NCBI RefSeq assembly: GCF_006345805.1
Contig: NC_043020.1
Location: 5,642,001-5,706,000, forward strand
Length of the DNA stretch: 64,000 nucleotides
Origin: Octopus sinensis
Taxonomy: Eukaryota
Direction: 5' to 3'
A program made the translations under genes and the position numbers. Position 1 is the stretch's first letter. Each line of letters begins with the position of its first letter. The notes below the pieces were generated by a model, which saw nothing but the letters and a program-made list of their open reading frames with translations, had not been told where the DNA came from and ran no database searches. This document shows positions 13,756-26,247 of the stretch, in pieces.

Positions 13756-15457
13756 TATTTCTTTACTGCCCCCCAAGGGGCTAAACATAGAGGGGACAAA
13801 CAAGGACAGACAAACGGATTAAGTCGATTATATCGACCCCAGTGCGTAACTGGTACTTAATTTATCGACCCCGAAAGGATTGAAAGGCAAAGTCGACCTC
13901 GGCGGAATTTGAACTAAAAACGCTATGGCAGACGAAATACCTATTTCTTTACTACCACACAAGGGCAAACATAGAGGGGACAAACAAGGACAGACAAACG
14001 GATTAAGTCGATTATATCGACCCCAGTGCGTAACTGGTACTTAATTTATCGACCCCGAAAGGATTGAAAGGCAAAGTCGACCTCGGCGGAATTTGAACTA
14101 AAAACGCTATGGCAGAGACGAAATACCTATTTCTTTACTACCCACAAGGGGCTAAACATAGAGGGGACAAACAAGGACAGACAAACGGATTAAGTCGATT
14201 ATATCGACCCCAGTGCGTAACTGGTACTTAATTTATCGACCCCGAAAGGATTGAAAGGCAAAGTCGACCTCGGCGGAATTTGAACTAAAAACGCTATGGC
14301 AGACGAAATACCTATTTCTTTACTACCCACAAGGGGCTAAACATAGAGGGGACAAACAAGGACAGACAAACGGATTAAGTCGATTATATCGACCCCAGTG
14401 CGTAACTGGTACTTAATTTATCGACCCCGAAAGGATTGAAAGGCAAAGTCGACCTCGGCGGAATTTGAACTAAAAACGCTATGGCAGACGAAATACCTAT
14501 TTCTTTACTACCCACAAGGGGCTAAACATAGAGGGGACAAACAAGGACAGACAAACGGATTAAGTCGATTATATCGACTCCCAGGGCGTAACTGGTACTT
14601 AATATATCGACCCCGAAAGGATTGAAAGGCAAAGTCGACCTCGGCGGAATTTGAACTAAAAACGCTATGGCAGACGAAATACCTATTTCTTTACTACCCA
14701 CAAGGGGCTAAACATAGAGGGGACAAACAAGGACAGACAAACGGATTAAGTCGATTATATCGACCCCAGTGCGTAACTGGTACTTAATTTATCGACCCCG
14801 AAGGATTGAAAGGCAAAGTCGACCTCGGCGGAATTTGAACTAAAAACGCTATGGCAGACGAAATACCTATTTCTTTACTACCCACAAGGGGCTAAACATA
14901 GAGGGGACAAACAAGGACAGACAACGGATTAAGTCGATTATATCGACCCCAGTGCGTAACTGGTACTTAATTTATCGACCCCGAAAGGATTGAAAGGCAA
15001 AGTCGACCTCGGCGGAATTTGAACTAAAAACGCTATGGCAGACGAAATACCTATTTCTTTACTACCACAAGGGGCTAAACATAGAGGGGACAAACGGAAT
15101 TAAGTCGATTATATCGACCCCAGTGCGTAACTGGTACTTAATTTATCGACCCCGAAAGGATGAAATGAAGGCAAAGTCGACTCGGCGGAATTTGAACTAA
15201 AAACGCTATGGCAGACGAAATACCTATTTCTTTACTACCCACAAGGGGCTAAACATAGAGGGGACAAACAAGGACAGACAAACGGATTAAGTCGATTATA
15301 TCGACCCCAGTGCGTAACTGGTACTTAATTTATCGACCCCGAAAGGATTGAAAGGCAAAGTCGACCTCGGCGGAATTTGAACTCAGAACGTAGCGACAGA
15401 CGAAATACGGCTACGCATTTCGCCCGGCGTGCTAACGTTTCTGCCAGCTCACCGCCC
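13756..15457 (-). repeat. Tandem array of nine SINE-M tail-B units (~185-bp period) with a single 5' head
   Basis: The head ggcggtgagctggcagaaacgttagcacgccggg occurs only at ~15457-15410. The units are joined as ...gggtagtaaagaaata|ggtatttcgtctgcc. Confidence 0.92.
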
Positions 15458-15462
15458 TTATA

Positions 15463-15500
<38 letters not shown>

Positions 15501-15860
15501 CACTGGTGCCAATGTGCTTTTGCATCGTTTTAGCTTTCGAATGATGCCGCCCCGTTGCCGAAGGAAACAAGCCAACATTTCCCCCTTCCCCACCTGATTG
15601 GACGGGTCCCTTGCAGGGAGTGAACTGGAGCAACGTGAAATAATGTGCAATCGGTCCCGGAATGGAAACCACGATCTCCCCATCGTGAGTGCGACAATCT
15701 TAACCACTAGGCCACGCGCCACAACATGTATGTATACATGTATATGCATCTATATATTCATACGTACACCGATAAACACACACACACACACTTATTTATA
15801 TATACGCGAACATATGTGTATATAAATTTTATTATAATTGTTGTTGTGTTGTTGTTGTTG

Positions 15861-15910
<50 letters not shown>

Positions 15911-15934
15911 GTTATTATTATTATTATTATTATT

Positions 15935-16235
15935 TTATGTTTGACTTTTTCTTTACATTTGTACAAGTTGGTTCCAAGTCTCATCCAGAGACCTCAAGAG
16001 AACAAGTAGGAAGTTCATGTTGGTGTTATGCCTAGTTTGCCATATATTTGATCTTATACATAGTGTTGTTCTAGAGAATGTTTAAGAAACCATAAGAAAA
16101 TTATGTTTGTTTTAAACCTTGAGATTACATAGAAAGTATTTTGCGTAGGATATGAGCAGTTCCCATGAGCACTATCTTTTGAATTTCTGCCATTTAGGGG
16201 TTTCCTGGTATCTGAGCTAGGTAGCAATCAGCCCC

Positions 16236-16238
<3 letters not shown>
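15935..16238 (-). mobile_element. 5'-truncated Dong/R4-like LINE end within (TAA)n
   Basis: Minus strand reads KGADCYLAQIPGNP*MAEIQKIVLMGTAHILRKILSM* followed by a 3' UTR. Long (TAA)n tracts flank both sides; TAA repeats are the known Dong target. Confidence 0.75.
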
Positions 16239-16286
<48 letters not shown>

Positions 16287-16302
16287 GTTATTGTTATTGT
16301 TA

Positions 16303-16391
<89 letters not shown>

Positions 16392-17370
16392 GAATGAGAG
16401 AGCAGAGCATGCCAGCAAAGTGACAGTGGGGTAAAATATACAAAGCCCAGTATACCCATCATGCGCGCGACATAGTGATCTCATATCAAGATAAACAGCA
16501 CATGACCTTGCAGGTGGGGCTCAGTTAGAATTTTCTTCTGGTCAAGTAATCCATCCCACTCAAAAGGTTCCTGAATGAGGGTTGTTTAAGGATGTTGAAC
16601 GAAACACCCATGTTTCCAGAGGTGAATTATTCAAACCCCAAAGAATCCCTCTCGACACATGGCTATGATGTTCCCCACTACTTCTGCTCATGATCAGAGA
16701 TGCACATATCGTCAGCCACTAAGGGACATGCTCAACTGGTTAAGGTCAAACAACTGGCAAGCAAATTTGTGGTATTGAGCAGAATATTTTCTGTAGCCCA
16801 TCTTTTATACTATTATTATTATTATTATTATCAAGGCGGCAGAATCGTTAGCACGTCGGGCGAAATGCGTAGCCGTATTTCGTCTGCCGTTACGTTGAGT
16901 TCAAATTCCGCCGAGGTCGACTTAGCCTTTCATCCTTTCTGGATCGATAAATTAAGTACCAGTTGAGTATTGACTTTGCTTTGATTGTTACAAGCTGTAT
17001 CGAAGTCTAAACCCAGAGACATCGAGGGACACCAACATTTTCCATCTAAAGATACTAACAGGTGAGGTGCCATGCGACCGGAAAAACTGATGTCTGTATA
17101 ATAAAAGAACAAGATAAGAACGAATAAAATTGTAATTGACATGGAGATGAATTTGCGTAAAACATAAGCGGTATTCATAAGCAGTGGCGGATTGAGTCTA
17201 GAAATATTGGTTGCCAGGAGACTAAGGAAGCCCACACGCACTACAATGGAATCATTTGTTTACTTATTTACTTATTTATTTATTTTGTTAAAAGTATTCT
17301 TTTCAGCTGTCTACAAACACAGCCAGGCTGAAATAATTAATACGTTCTTCCAGGAGCGAATTAAAAATTT

Positions 17371-17891
17371 GTTTCTTTACTACCCACAAGGGGCTAAACA
17401 TAGAGGGGGACAAACAAGGACAGACAAACGGATTAAGTCGATTACATCGACCCCAGTGCGTGACTGGTACTTAATTTATCGACCCCCAAAAAGATGAAAG
17501 GCAAAGTCGACCCCGGGGGAATTTGAACTCAGAACGTAACGGCAGACGAAATACGTATTTCTTTACTACCCACAAGGGGCTAAACACAGAGAGGACAAAC
17601 AAGGACAGACAAAGGGATTAAGTCGATTATATCGACCCCAGTGCGTAACTGGTACTTATTTAATCGACTCTGAAAGGATGAAAGGCAAAGTCGACCTCGG
17701 CGGAATTTGAACTCAGAACGTAGCGGCAGACGAAATACCTATTTCTTTACTACCCACAAGGGGCTAAACACAGAGGGGACAAACAAGGACAGACAAACGG
17801 ATTAAGTCGATTATATCGACTCCAGAGCGTAACTAGTACTTATTTAATCGACCCCGAAAGGATGAAAGGCAAAGTCGACCTCGGCGGAATG
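17371..17891 (-). repeat. Three tandem SINE-M tail-B units
   Basis: Junctions gtagtaaagaaata|ggtatttcg (~17740) and gtagtaaagaaata|cgtatttcg (~17555). Confidence 0.9.
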
Positions 17892-18299
17892 TCAATAAAA
17901 TATACCATAAAGCGGTATATTTCGCTGACATAAAACCAGATCGAACTGGTTCAAACTGGTTCGATCCAGTCTCTACCAGCCGACTCGGTCGCCCATCTTG
18001 TCGTTATCTCTTCACACTTGGCTGACACTAATGTCTGTGTGGAAATGGCTATTATTTATTATACAGCAGAACGAGAATTTATTCTGTCTTTATCGTTCAT
18101 TTGTTTGTCACTGGACAACGGCCAAACTGGAGCACTGCCTTGAAAGGGTTTTAGTCGAACGAATCGACTGTAGGAGATATTTTTGAAGTCAGTTACTTAT
18201 TCTGTTGTTCTCTAATTTCCAGGGCGCTAGATTTTGGGGATGTAAACAAACTCACACTGGTTGTCGAACGATGCTAAGGGAAACACACACACACACATA

Positions 18300-18343
<44 letters not shown>

Positions 18344-18744
18344 CATATGTGCCACTACCCTCTAATTTGCCTGGGGATTCTATAATGCCGCTAAGATGGC
18401 CCTGATGTGTGTGTGGGGGGGATGTGTGAGGGGTGAAGGTGGGGGAGTTAGTCTTTGTCTTCTACCGCTGCATAATAACCGGTATTGGTTTCGTTTAAGC
18501 TCACATGACTTAGCAGTTCAGTAAAAAGTCACTCTTACAATAAATACCTGGTTTTTAAGAAAAATACTAAGTTGAGTTGTTCGACTATATTTCTCCAAGG
18601 TGGTGCTCCAGCAGGGTCGCAGTCGAAAAACTGAAACGAGTTAAAGGATAAAAGTAAGGGGAAGTAACTCTATCGCCGTCGATTGTAATATCAGGAAACA
18701 TAACTCTAGCAATAAAAAATATTTTGTTTTTCTGCACACCTATT

Positions 18745-19215
<471 letters not shown>

Positions 19216-19739
19216 CGTCGATTTTAATTTATTCATTCTTTAAAAAAATTGTACTGGTTTCATTTATTAGGCTGTATCTAAGGTGCGATATTAACTTCAT
19301 GGCTACCAATTGAATAAATTACTTGAAATAATTTATTTGTTTTAATTTCGGACTTTGATCGGATTTCCAACTCAAGAACGTAACTTTCCCAAGACTGTTT
19401 GTACGTCGGAGCGACGAAGACCATCGAATTATCAGAGAAATTAATGACTATCAACTTCAATCTCTCGCTCTGACCATCTTCCATCCAATGACAAGACCAG
19501 ATCAAGACGACGGGAGATGGAGACAAATGCTGTGTAAGAGCAGAGTGCCATACTTGCCTCATCTTGCTCTCTGCGTTGTGGGGCCGCATGGCTTAGCAGT
19601 TAAAATATTCGATTCACGATCGTAAGGCTGTGGGTTCGTTTATAGCTGTGTCCTTGAGCAAGACACTTTATTTTACATTTCCTCAAAATGAGCTGTACCT
19701 AGCAAAAATGTGTAGCACTTGTATTTCGAAGGTCCAGTC

Positions 19740-19970
19740 TATTTCTTTATTACCCACAAGGGGCTAAACACAGAGAGGACAAACAAGGACAGACAAACGG
19801 ATTAAGTCTATTATATCGACCCCAGTGCGTAACTGGTACTTATTTAATCGACCCCGAAGGGATGAAAGGCAAAGTCGACCTCGGCGGAATTTGAACTCAG
19901 AACGCAACCGCAGACGAAATACCGCTTAGTATTTCGCCCGGCGTGCTAACGTTTCTGCCAGCTCGCCGCC
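19740..19970 (-). mobile_element. Full-length SINE-M tail-B monomer with a 16-bp TSD, nested in an older SINE (~19581-20070, + strand)
   Basis: Runs from ggcggcgagctggcagaaacg to gggtaataaagaaata on the minus strand. The direct repeat tatttcgaaggtccag lies at 19722-19737 and 19971-19986. Confidence 0.9.
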
Positions 19971-20404
19971 TATTTCGAAGGTCCAGCCAGCCACATTCTG
20001 TGTAATGATGAATCTCCCAGAGAACTACGTTTAATGTACGTGTGTTTGTGGAATACTCAGCCACTTGTAAGTAAATTTCACGAGCTGGGTGAACCGACGG
20101 AGGACCAGTCTGCTCTCTGCACTTCACAAAGCATCGCTGCAACTGCTTTCCTCTCCGTTGAACCATGAAGGTTTCTTCCGCCGGATCGAGTTTTCACATG
20201 CATTAAACTGGGACCCTGGTAGATGATACTACTCCGGGTCTGGATCGACCCGAGAACAATAGTAGCTAAGAGATGGTTCCACACCCCATAAACCCTAGAT
20301 CTCCAGGACCAGAAACCCAAAACCGGATGCAGTTTAAATGTCATACCCAAGACTATCTATCTGTGCCTACAAACATACATACAGACAGACATATATATAT
20401 TTGT

Positions 20405-20459
<55 letters not shown>

Positions 20460-20537
20460 CTATATGTGTGTGCGTATGTGCACATGGCTAGATAGATAAA
20501 TAGATAGTCTAGTTGTGACTTTAAATTGCATCCGGGG

Positions 20538-20569
<32 letters not shown>

Positions 20570-21506
20570 AGTGGATCTTGCATGCATAAAGTGGATTCGA
20601 TCCACCATAGCCAAATTTAAATTAACATTGCAACAGAACTTTTCCCACGATGGAACAATGGTTTTTCTCTGACAGAAGTTTTACATTTTCCTGATGCCTT
20701 TAGCTAGGCCAAAATAATGTCTGACCCTTTCTAACCTCTTCTACTTACCCAACAGCTAGAATAGATATAACAAGACCACCAACTAAATCTATTGTTCTCA
20801 ATGATATATCTATCTTTCTGGATAGTTATATAAGCAAGCAAAAATCAGTTAGTTACCTTGGTGACTACTCGTGAGTTGAGAGAGAGCTAACATCAGTTTG
20901 TGAACCGACCACTGGAATCATGGAAGCAAGGCAGACAAAACGGTCAGAGGAAAAAAGAAAGACAACGTCCCGCACTCTCTCACTCTCACTAGCTCTAATT
21001 CTGTTCTCTTACAACATCATTCTATCTCTCTCTCTGTAATTACTACTAAACAATGAAGAGGACACAAACACAAACTTTACTTTGCATGCTTTTGGATTTA
21101 TCATAACCTGCCCGTCGAGGCAAGGTATTTGTAACATAACGGTAAATAAATACTTTCTTAAAACTTTATGCATTGTTCATCTTTTACATCTTACAATATA
21201 CAATTATAACAAAAAATTTTTATCGACACATCATATTATTATTTACCAACCAATTTCTCCCGTTACAACTGCTGACTCCGACATCATCAATATAATGCTT
21301 ACTAATCAATTAAATGCGTTACATATATATATATATATATATTTAACTTTCTGTCACCTGAATGAATCGAACCCTGGATTTCCGTTTTCGAAAACAAATA
21401 CACATATTACTGTCACCATAATTAACAAAATAATTTTTTTAGAAATACAGTTTATGTAGATCGTTATCTCTTAAATGTTTGTATTTGTGTGTGTGTATTT
21501 TGTTCT

Positions 21507-22226
21507 ATTCTAGGCACAAGGCCCGTATTTTTGGAGAAGGAACCAGTTGATTAGATCGACCCAGTACGTAACTGGTTCTTACTTTATCGAACCCGAAAGG
21601 ATGAATGGCAAAGCCGACCTCAGCGGAATTTGAACTTAGAACGTAAAGACAGACGAAATACCTATTTCTTTACTACCCACAGAGGAGACAAACAAGGACA
21701 GACAAACGGATTAAGTCGATTACATCGACCCCAGTGCGTAACTGGTACTTAATTTATCGACTCCGAAAGGATGAAAGGCAAAGTCGACCTCGGCGGAATT
21801 TGAACTCAGAACGTAAAGACAGACGAAATACCTATTTCTTTACTACCCACAAGGGGCTAAACATAGAGGGGACAAACAAGGACAGACAAACGGATTAAGT
21901 CGATTATATCGACCCCAGTGCGTAACTGGTACTTAATTTATCGACTCCGAAAGGATGAAAGGCAAAGCCGACCTCGGCGGAATTTGAACTCAGACCGTAA
22001 CAGCAGACGAAATGCCGCTAAGCATTTCGCCCGACGTGTTAACGATTCTTATTTCTGTATTGCCCACAAGGGGCTAAACTCAGAGGGGACGAACAAGGAC
22101 AGACAAACGGATTAAGTCAATTATATCGACCCCAGTGCGTAACTTGAACTTAGAACGTAACGGCAGATGAAATGCCCGGTAAGCATTTCGCCCGGCGTGC
22201 TAACTATTCTGCCAGCTCGCCGCCTT
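21507..22226 (-). repeat. Nested SINE-M cluster: three tail-B units followed by one tail-A unit
   Basis: Junctions gggcaatacagaaata|agaatcgttaacacg (~22050) and gtagtaaagaaata|ggtatttcg (~21832 and ~21662). The terminal unit ends in the tail-A sequence gggccttgtgcctag. Confidence 0.88.
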
Positions 22227-22545
22227 ATTATTGAAAAAATATTACTTGTCAAGTTATAATCTTTTCTACTAAAAGCACAAGACCTAAAATTTCGGGGGAA
22301 AGGGGCTAAGTCGATTACATGCAGCCCATTGTTTAAGGAGCCCGAAGGGATGAAATGCAAAGTCGATTTAGGTGGAATTTGAACTCAGAACGTAACAGAA
22401 GGACAAAATGCCGTTAAAGAAGGACAATCTTGTCAAGTTATAATAAAAAACAAACCTGTTGCCCTATCATCCCCCTTTTTTTGTGGTTCTTTTCTTGTAA
22501 CCTGGGTGTTTGTTTGTTGTTTTTTTTATAATAATTCATCTTTTA

Positions 22546-22567
22546 GGATGCGAGCTGGCAGAAACGT
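22546..22567 (+). mobile_element. 5' stub of the SINE-M copy interrupted by the ORF1 array
   Basis: ggatgcgagctggcagaaacgt matches the SINE head ggcggcgagctggcagaaacgt. The SINE resumes at 38297. Confidence 0.8.
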
Positions 22568-22753
22568 CACCACTTCGTTTGACGTCGGTCGTGTTTTTTT
22601 ACGCTCTGTAAAATTCGGTAAAAAAGAACAAAAAGCGTTGTTGTTGTTGTGGAAATTCTGAACGGCGTTGACGCGGTTTCGCGTTTCGCTCGTTCAGCGC
22701 GTTAAACTTTTTTCTGTTTTGGCGGCCGTTTTCGGTCTGTCAGACAGAAGGAA

Positions 22754-24160
22754 ATGGACTATGAGTCTCTAACAGACTTGTCCACGACAGATGAGGAACT
22801 GGAACAGGCAATTGCAGTGAAGCTGATGGAGGAAAAGGCTGGAGTTTTCGAGTCTTTATCAGACTCGCCTACGTCTGAGAAGGAGCTAGAAATGGCAGCG
22901 AGGAATTTGGAAAAAAGCTGAGTTATACTTATGCCGGTGTAACCCGAAGCGGAAGAGAAAGGGGTCGACTTGGCCAAGCTACCAAGTTACCAGAAACACA
23001 TGAAAAAGGAAGCGGTGAGGTGGAACTATCACCGACACCCGGAGAAAAGAATGGTATGATAAGAGGACCATTGTTTACAGGGTGTGCGCAACGAAAGGAG
23101 AGGGTAGAAGTTGTATCCATGGAATGGATAGAGGAAGCCCTGCGAAGAACTGAGGAGGAAATAAATTTTCTGACTCGAGGATCCAAGTACGGGACCGTAG
23201 TTGTGCACTTTAAAAGTGAATCTGCAGCGAGGAAGATGGCAGCGAAGGCGGTGAAGTCGGAAAAGGTAACACTGTTACCTACGTATTTAAACAGGAGGAT
23301 TACACGAATAAGGGTGGAGGGAGTGCCACCAACGTGGAGGCAGAATGGATTGTGGCGGCTGTGATCAGCGGCCACGAGGACGAAGTGGATATTCTCCATG
23401 CCTCGGTTAAGTCCGAGGGCTGGAGAGGCGTAACAGTGGAGCTGAACGTACAGGCAGAGACCGAGGTACTGGTGGACCTGACGGAAAGCATCAGACTGGG
23501 AGAAGTGATCATGAGAGTGTGGGTGGAGGGCAGGGCTCCACGTTGTTACAAGTGTGGCCTGAGGGGTCACATAAGAGCCTTCTGCCCTCCCCCAGGGAAA
23601 GAAATGGATCCCGAACCAGAGAGAGAGAAGCAGAAACCAGAGGAGAAGGAAACAGAGGAAGAGAATACACAGAAATGGAAGGAAGCTGGAAGTAAGAGGA
23701 AGAGAAGAATACGTGGAAAAAAAATATATGAACTCCAATCCACCCCAAAACCACCCACGCCCTCTGAGTCCCACCCTATCCATGCAGACATTGAACCCAC
23801 CCCTCCCCCCCAACAAGAAAACAAAAGAAAAAAAAGAATACACACACACAAGAGATTGAATCGATATCAGGATCAGGCCGTACATTTGTACTATGACTGA
23901 ACAGAAGAAGTTAAAAGTCTAATGGAAGAGTATAAATGGTATGATGTTGGTGAGACTAGGTATGCTGTGATTGAAAAGAAGAACATAGGTGACTTTATGG
24001 TGATGTGTGAATGCGAGAATTGGGAGGTGAAAGATATAAGAATGAGCGATGAATTCGTGGAAAATATGGATGAGTATTTCGGAGTAAGAATGGATATGGA
24101 TTTGTTCGTATTGGCAAGGAACATTCAAGTGACTATGAAAAACAAAGGACAGGTAGTTGA
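22754..24160 (+). CDS. ORF1-like CCHC zinc-knuckle protein, unit 1 (several frameshifts)
   Basis: Collinear with unit 8 and retains CYKCGLRGHIRAFC. Many indels fall in homopolymer runs. Confidence 0.55.
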
Positions 24161-24505
24161 TGCTGACGGACGGGGCCGTTGGTATCGCTTTCATTTAATT
24201 ATCATTTTTTCGTTTAACAATTCATGTTCATAAAGTTTAATTATAATGTTATGTCCCCATGTTTCTTAGTGTCCCTTTCTGTGTCGCCCCTAGTGGGTAA
24301 TAAAGAAATAAGAAACGCCACCACTTCGTTTGACGTCGGTCGTGTTTTTTTACGCGCTCTGTAAAATTCGGTAAAAAAGAACAAAAAGCGTGGTTGTTGT
24401 TGTGGAAATTCTGAACGGCGTTGACGCGGTTTCGCGTTTCGCTCGTTCAGCGCGTTAACTTTTTTCTGTTTTGGCGGCCGTTTTCGGTCTGTCAGACAGA
24501 AGGAA

Positions 24506-25904
24506 ATGGACTATGAGTCTCTAACAGACTTGTCCACGACAGATGAGGAACTGGAACAGGCAATTGCAGTGAAGCTGATGGAGGAAAAGGCTGGATTTTC
24601 GAGTCTTTATCAGACTTGTCTGAGAAGGAGCTAGAAATGGCAGCAAGGAAATTGGAAAAGAAGCTGAGTTATACTTATGCCGTGTAACCAAGAAGGCGGA
24701 GAGAAAGGGGTCGACTTGGCCAAGCTACCAAGTTACCAGAAACACATGAAAAAGGAAAGCGGTGAGGTGGAACTATCACCGACACCCAGGAGAAAAGAAT
24801 GGTATGATAAGAGGACCATTGTTTACAGGGTGTTCGCAAACGAAAGGAAGAGGGTAGAAGTTGTAACCATGGAATGGATAGAGGAAGCCCTGCGAAGAAC
24901 TGAGGAGGAAATAAATTTTCTGACTCGAGGATCCAAGTATGGGACCGTAGTTGTGCATTTTAAAAGTGAATCTGCAGCGAGGAAGATGGCAGCGAAGGCG
25001 GTGAAGTCGGAAAAGGTAACACTGTTACCTACGTATTTAAACAGGAGGATTACACGAATAAGGGTGGAGGGTGCCACCAAACGTGGAGGCAGAATGGATT
25101 GTGGCGGCTGTGATCAGCGGCCACGAGGACGAAGTGGATATTCCCATGCCTCGGTTAAGTCCGAGGGCTGGAGAGGCGTAACAGTGGAGCTGAACGTACA
25201 GGCAGAGACCGAGGTACTGGTGGACCTGACGGAAAGCATCAGACTGGGAGAAGTGATCATGAGAGTGTGGGTGGAGGGCAGGGCTCCACGTTGTTACAAG
25301 TGTGGCCTGAGGGGTCACATAAGAGCCTTCTGCCCTCCCCCAGGGAAAGAAATGGATCCCGAACCAGAGAGAGAGAAGCAGAAACCAAGGAGAAGGAAAC
25401 AGAGGAAGAGAATACACAGAAATGGAAGGAAGCTGGAAGTAAGAGGAAGAGAAGAATACGTGGAAAAGAAAATAATATGGAACTCCAATCCACCCCAAAA
25501 CCACCCACGCCTCTGAGTCCCACCCTATCCATGCAGACATTGAACCCACCCGCTCCCCCCCAACAAGAAAACAAAAGAAAAAAAAGAATACACACACACA
25601 AGAGATTGAAATCGATATCAGGCCGTACATTTGTACTATGACTGAACAGAAAGAAGTTAAAAGTCTAATGGAAGAGTATAAATGGTATGATGTTGGTGAG
25701 ACTAGGTATGCTGTGATTGAAAAGAAGAACATAGGTGACTTTATGGTGATGTGTGAATGCGAGAATTGGGAGGTGAAAGATATAAGAATGAGCGATGAAT
25801 TCGTGGAAAATATGGATGAGTATTTCGGAGTAAGATGGATATGGAATTTGTTCGTATTGGCAAGGAACATTCAGTGACTATGAAAAACAAAGACAGGTAA
25901 GTGA
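24506..25904 (+). CDS. ORF1-like CCHC protein, unit 2 (frameshifted)
   Basis: Collinear with unit 8; fragments 24677-25516, 25267-25641 and 25638-25877 in the ORF track. Confidence 0.55.
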
Positions 25905-26247
25905 TGCTGACGGACGGGGCCGTTGGTATCGCTTTCATTTAATCATTTTTTCGTTTAACAATCCATGTTCATAAAGTTTAATTATAATGTTATATGTCCC
26001 CATGTTTCTTAGTGTCCCTTTCTGTGTCGCCCCTAGTGGGTAATAAAGAAATAAGAAACGCCACCACTTCGTTTGACGTCGGTCGTGTTTTTTTACGCTC
26101 TGTAAAATTCGGTAAAAAAGAACAAAAAGCGTGGTTGTTGTTGTGGAAATTCTGAACGGCGTTGACGCGGTTTCGCGTTTCGCTCGTTCAGCGCGTTAAA
26201 CTTTTTTCTGTTTTGGCGGCAGTTTTCGGTCTGTCAGACAGAAGGAA

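Noticed and set aside
13756-15457. CRISPR-like regular repeat array
   Set aside because: Units repeat over their full length with no unique spacers, there are no cas genes, and the unit is a SINE.
20629-21136. Possible solo LTR (TG...CA ends)
   Set aside because: No convincing TSD and no second copy in the window.
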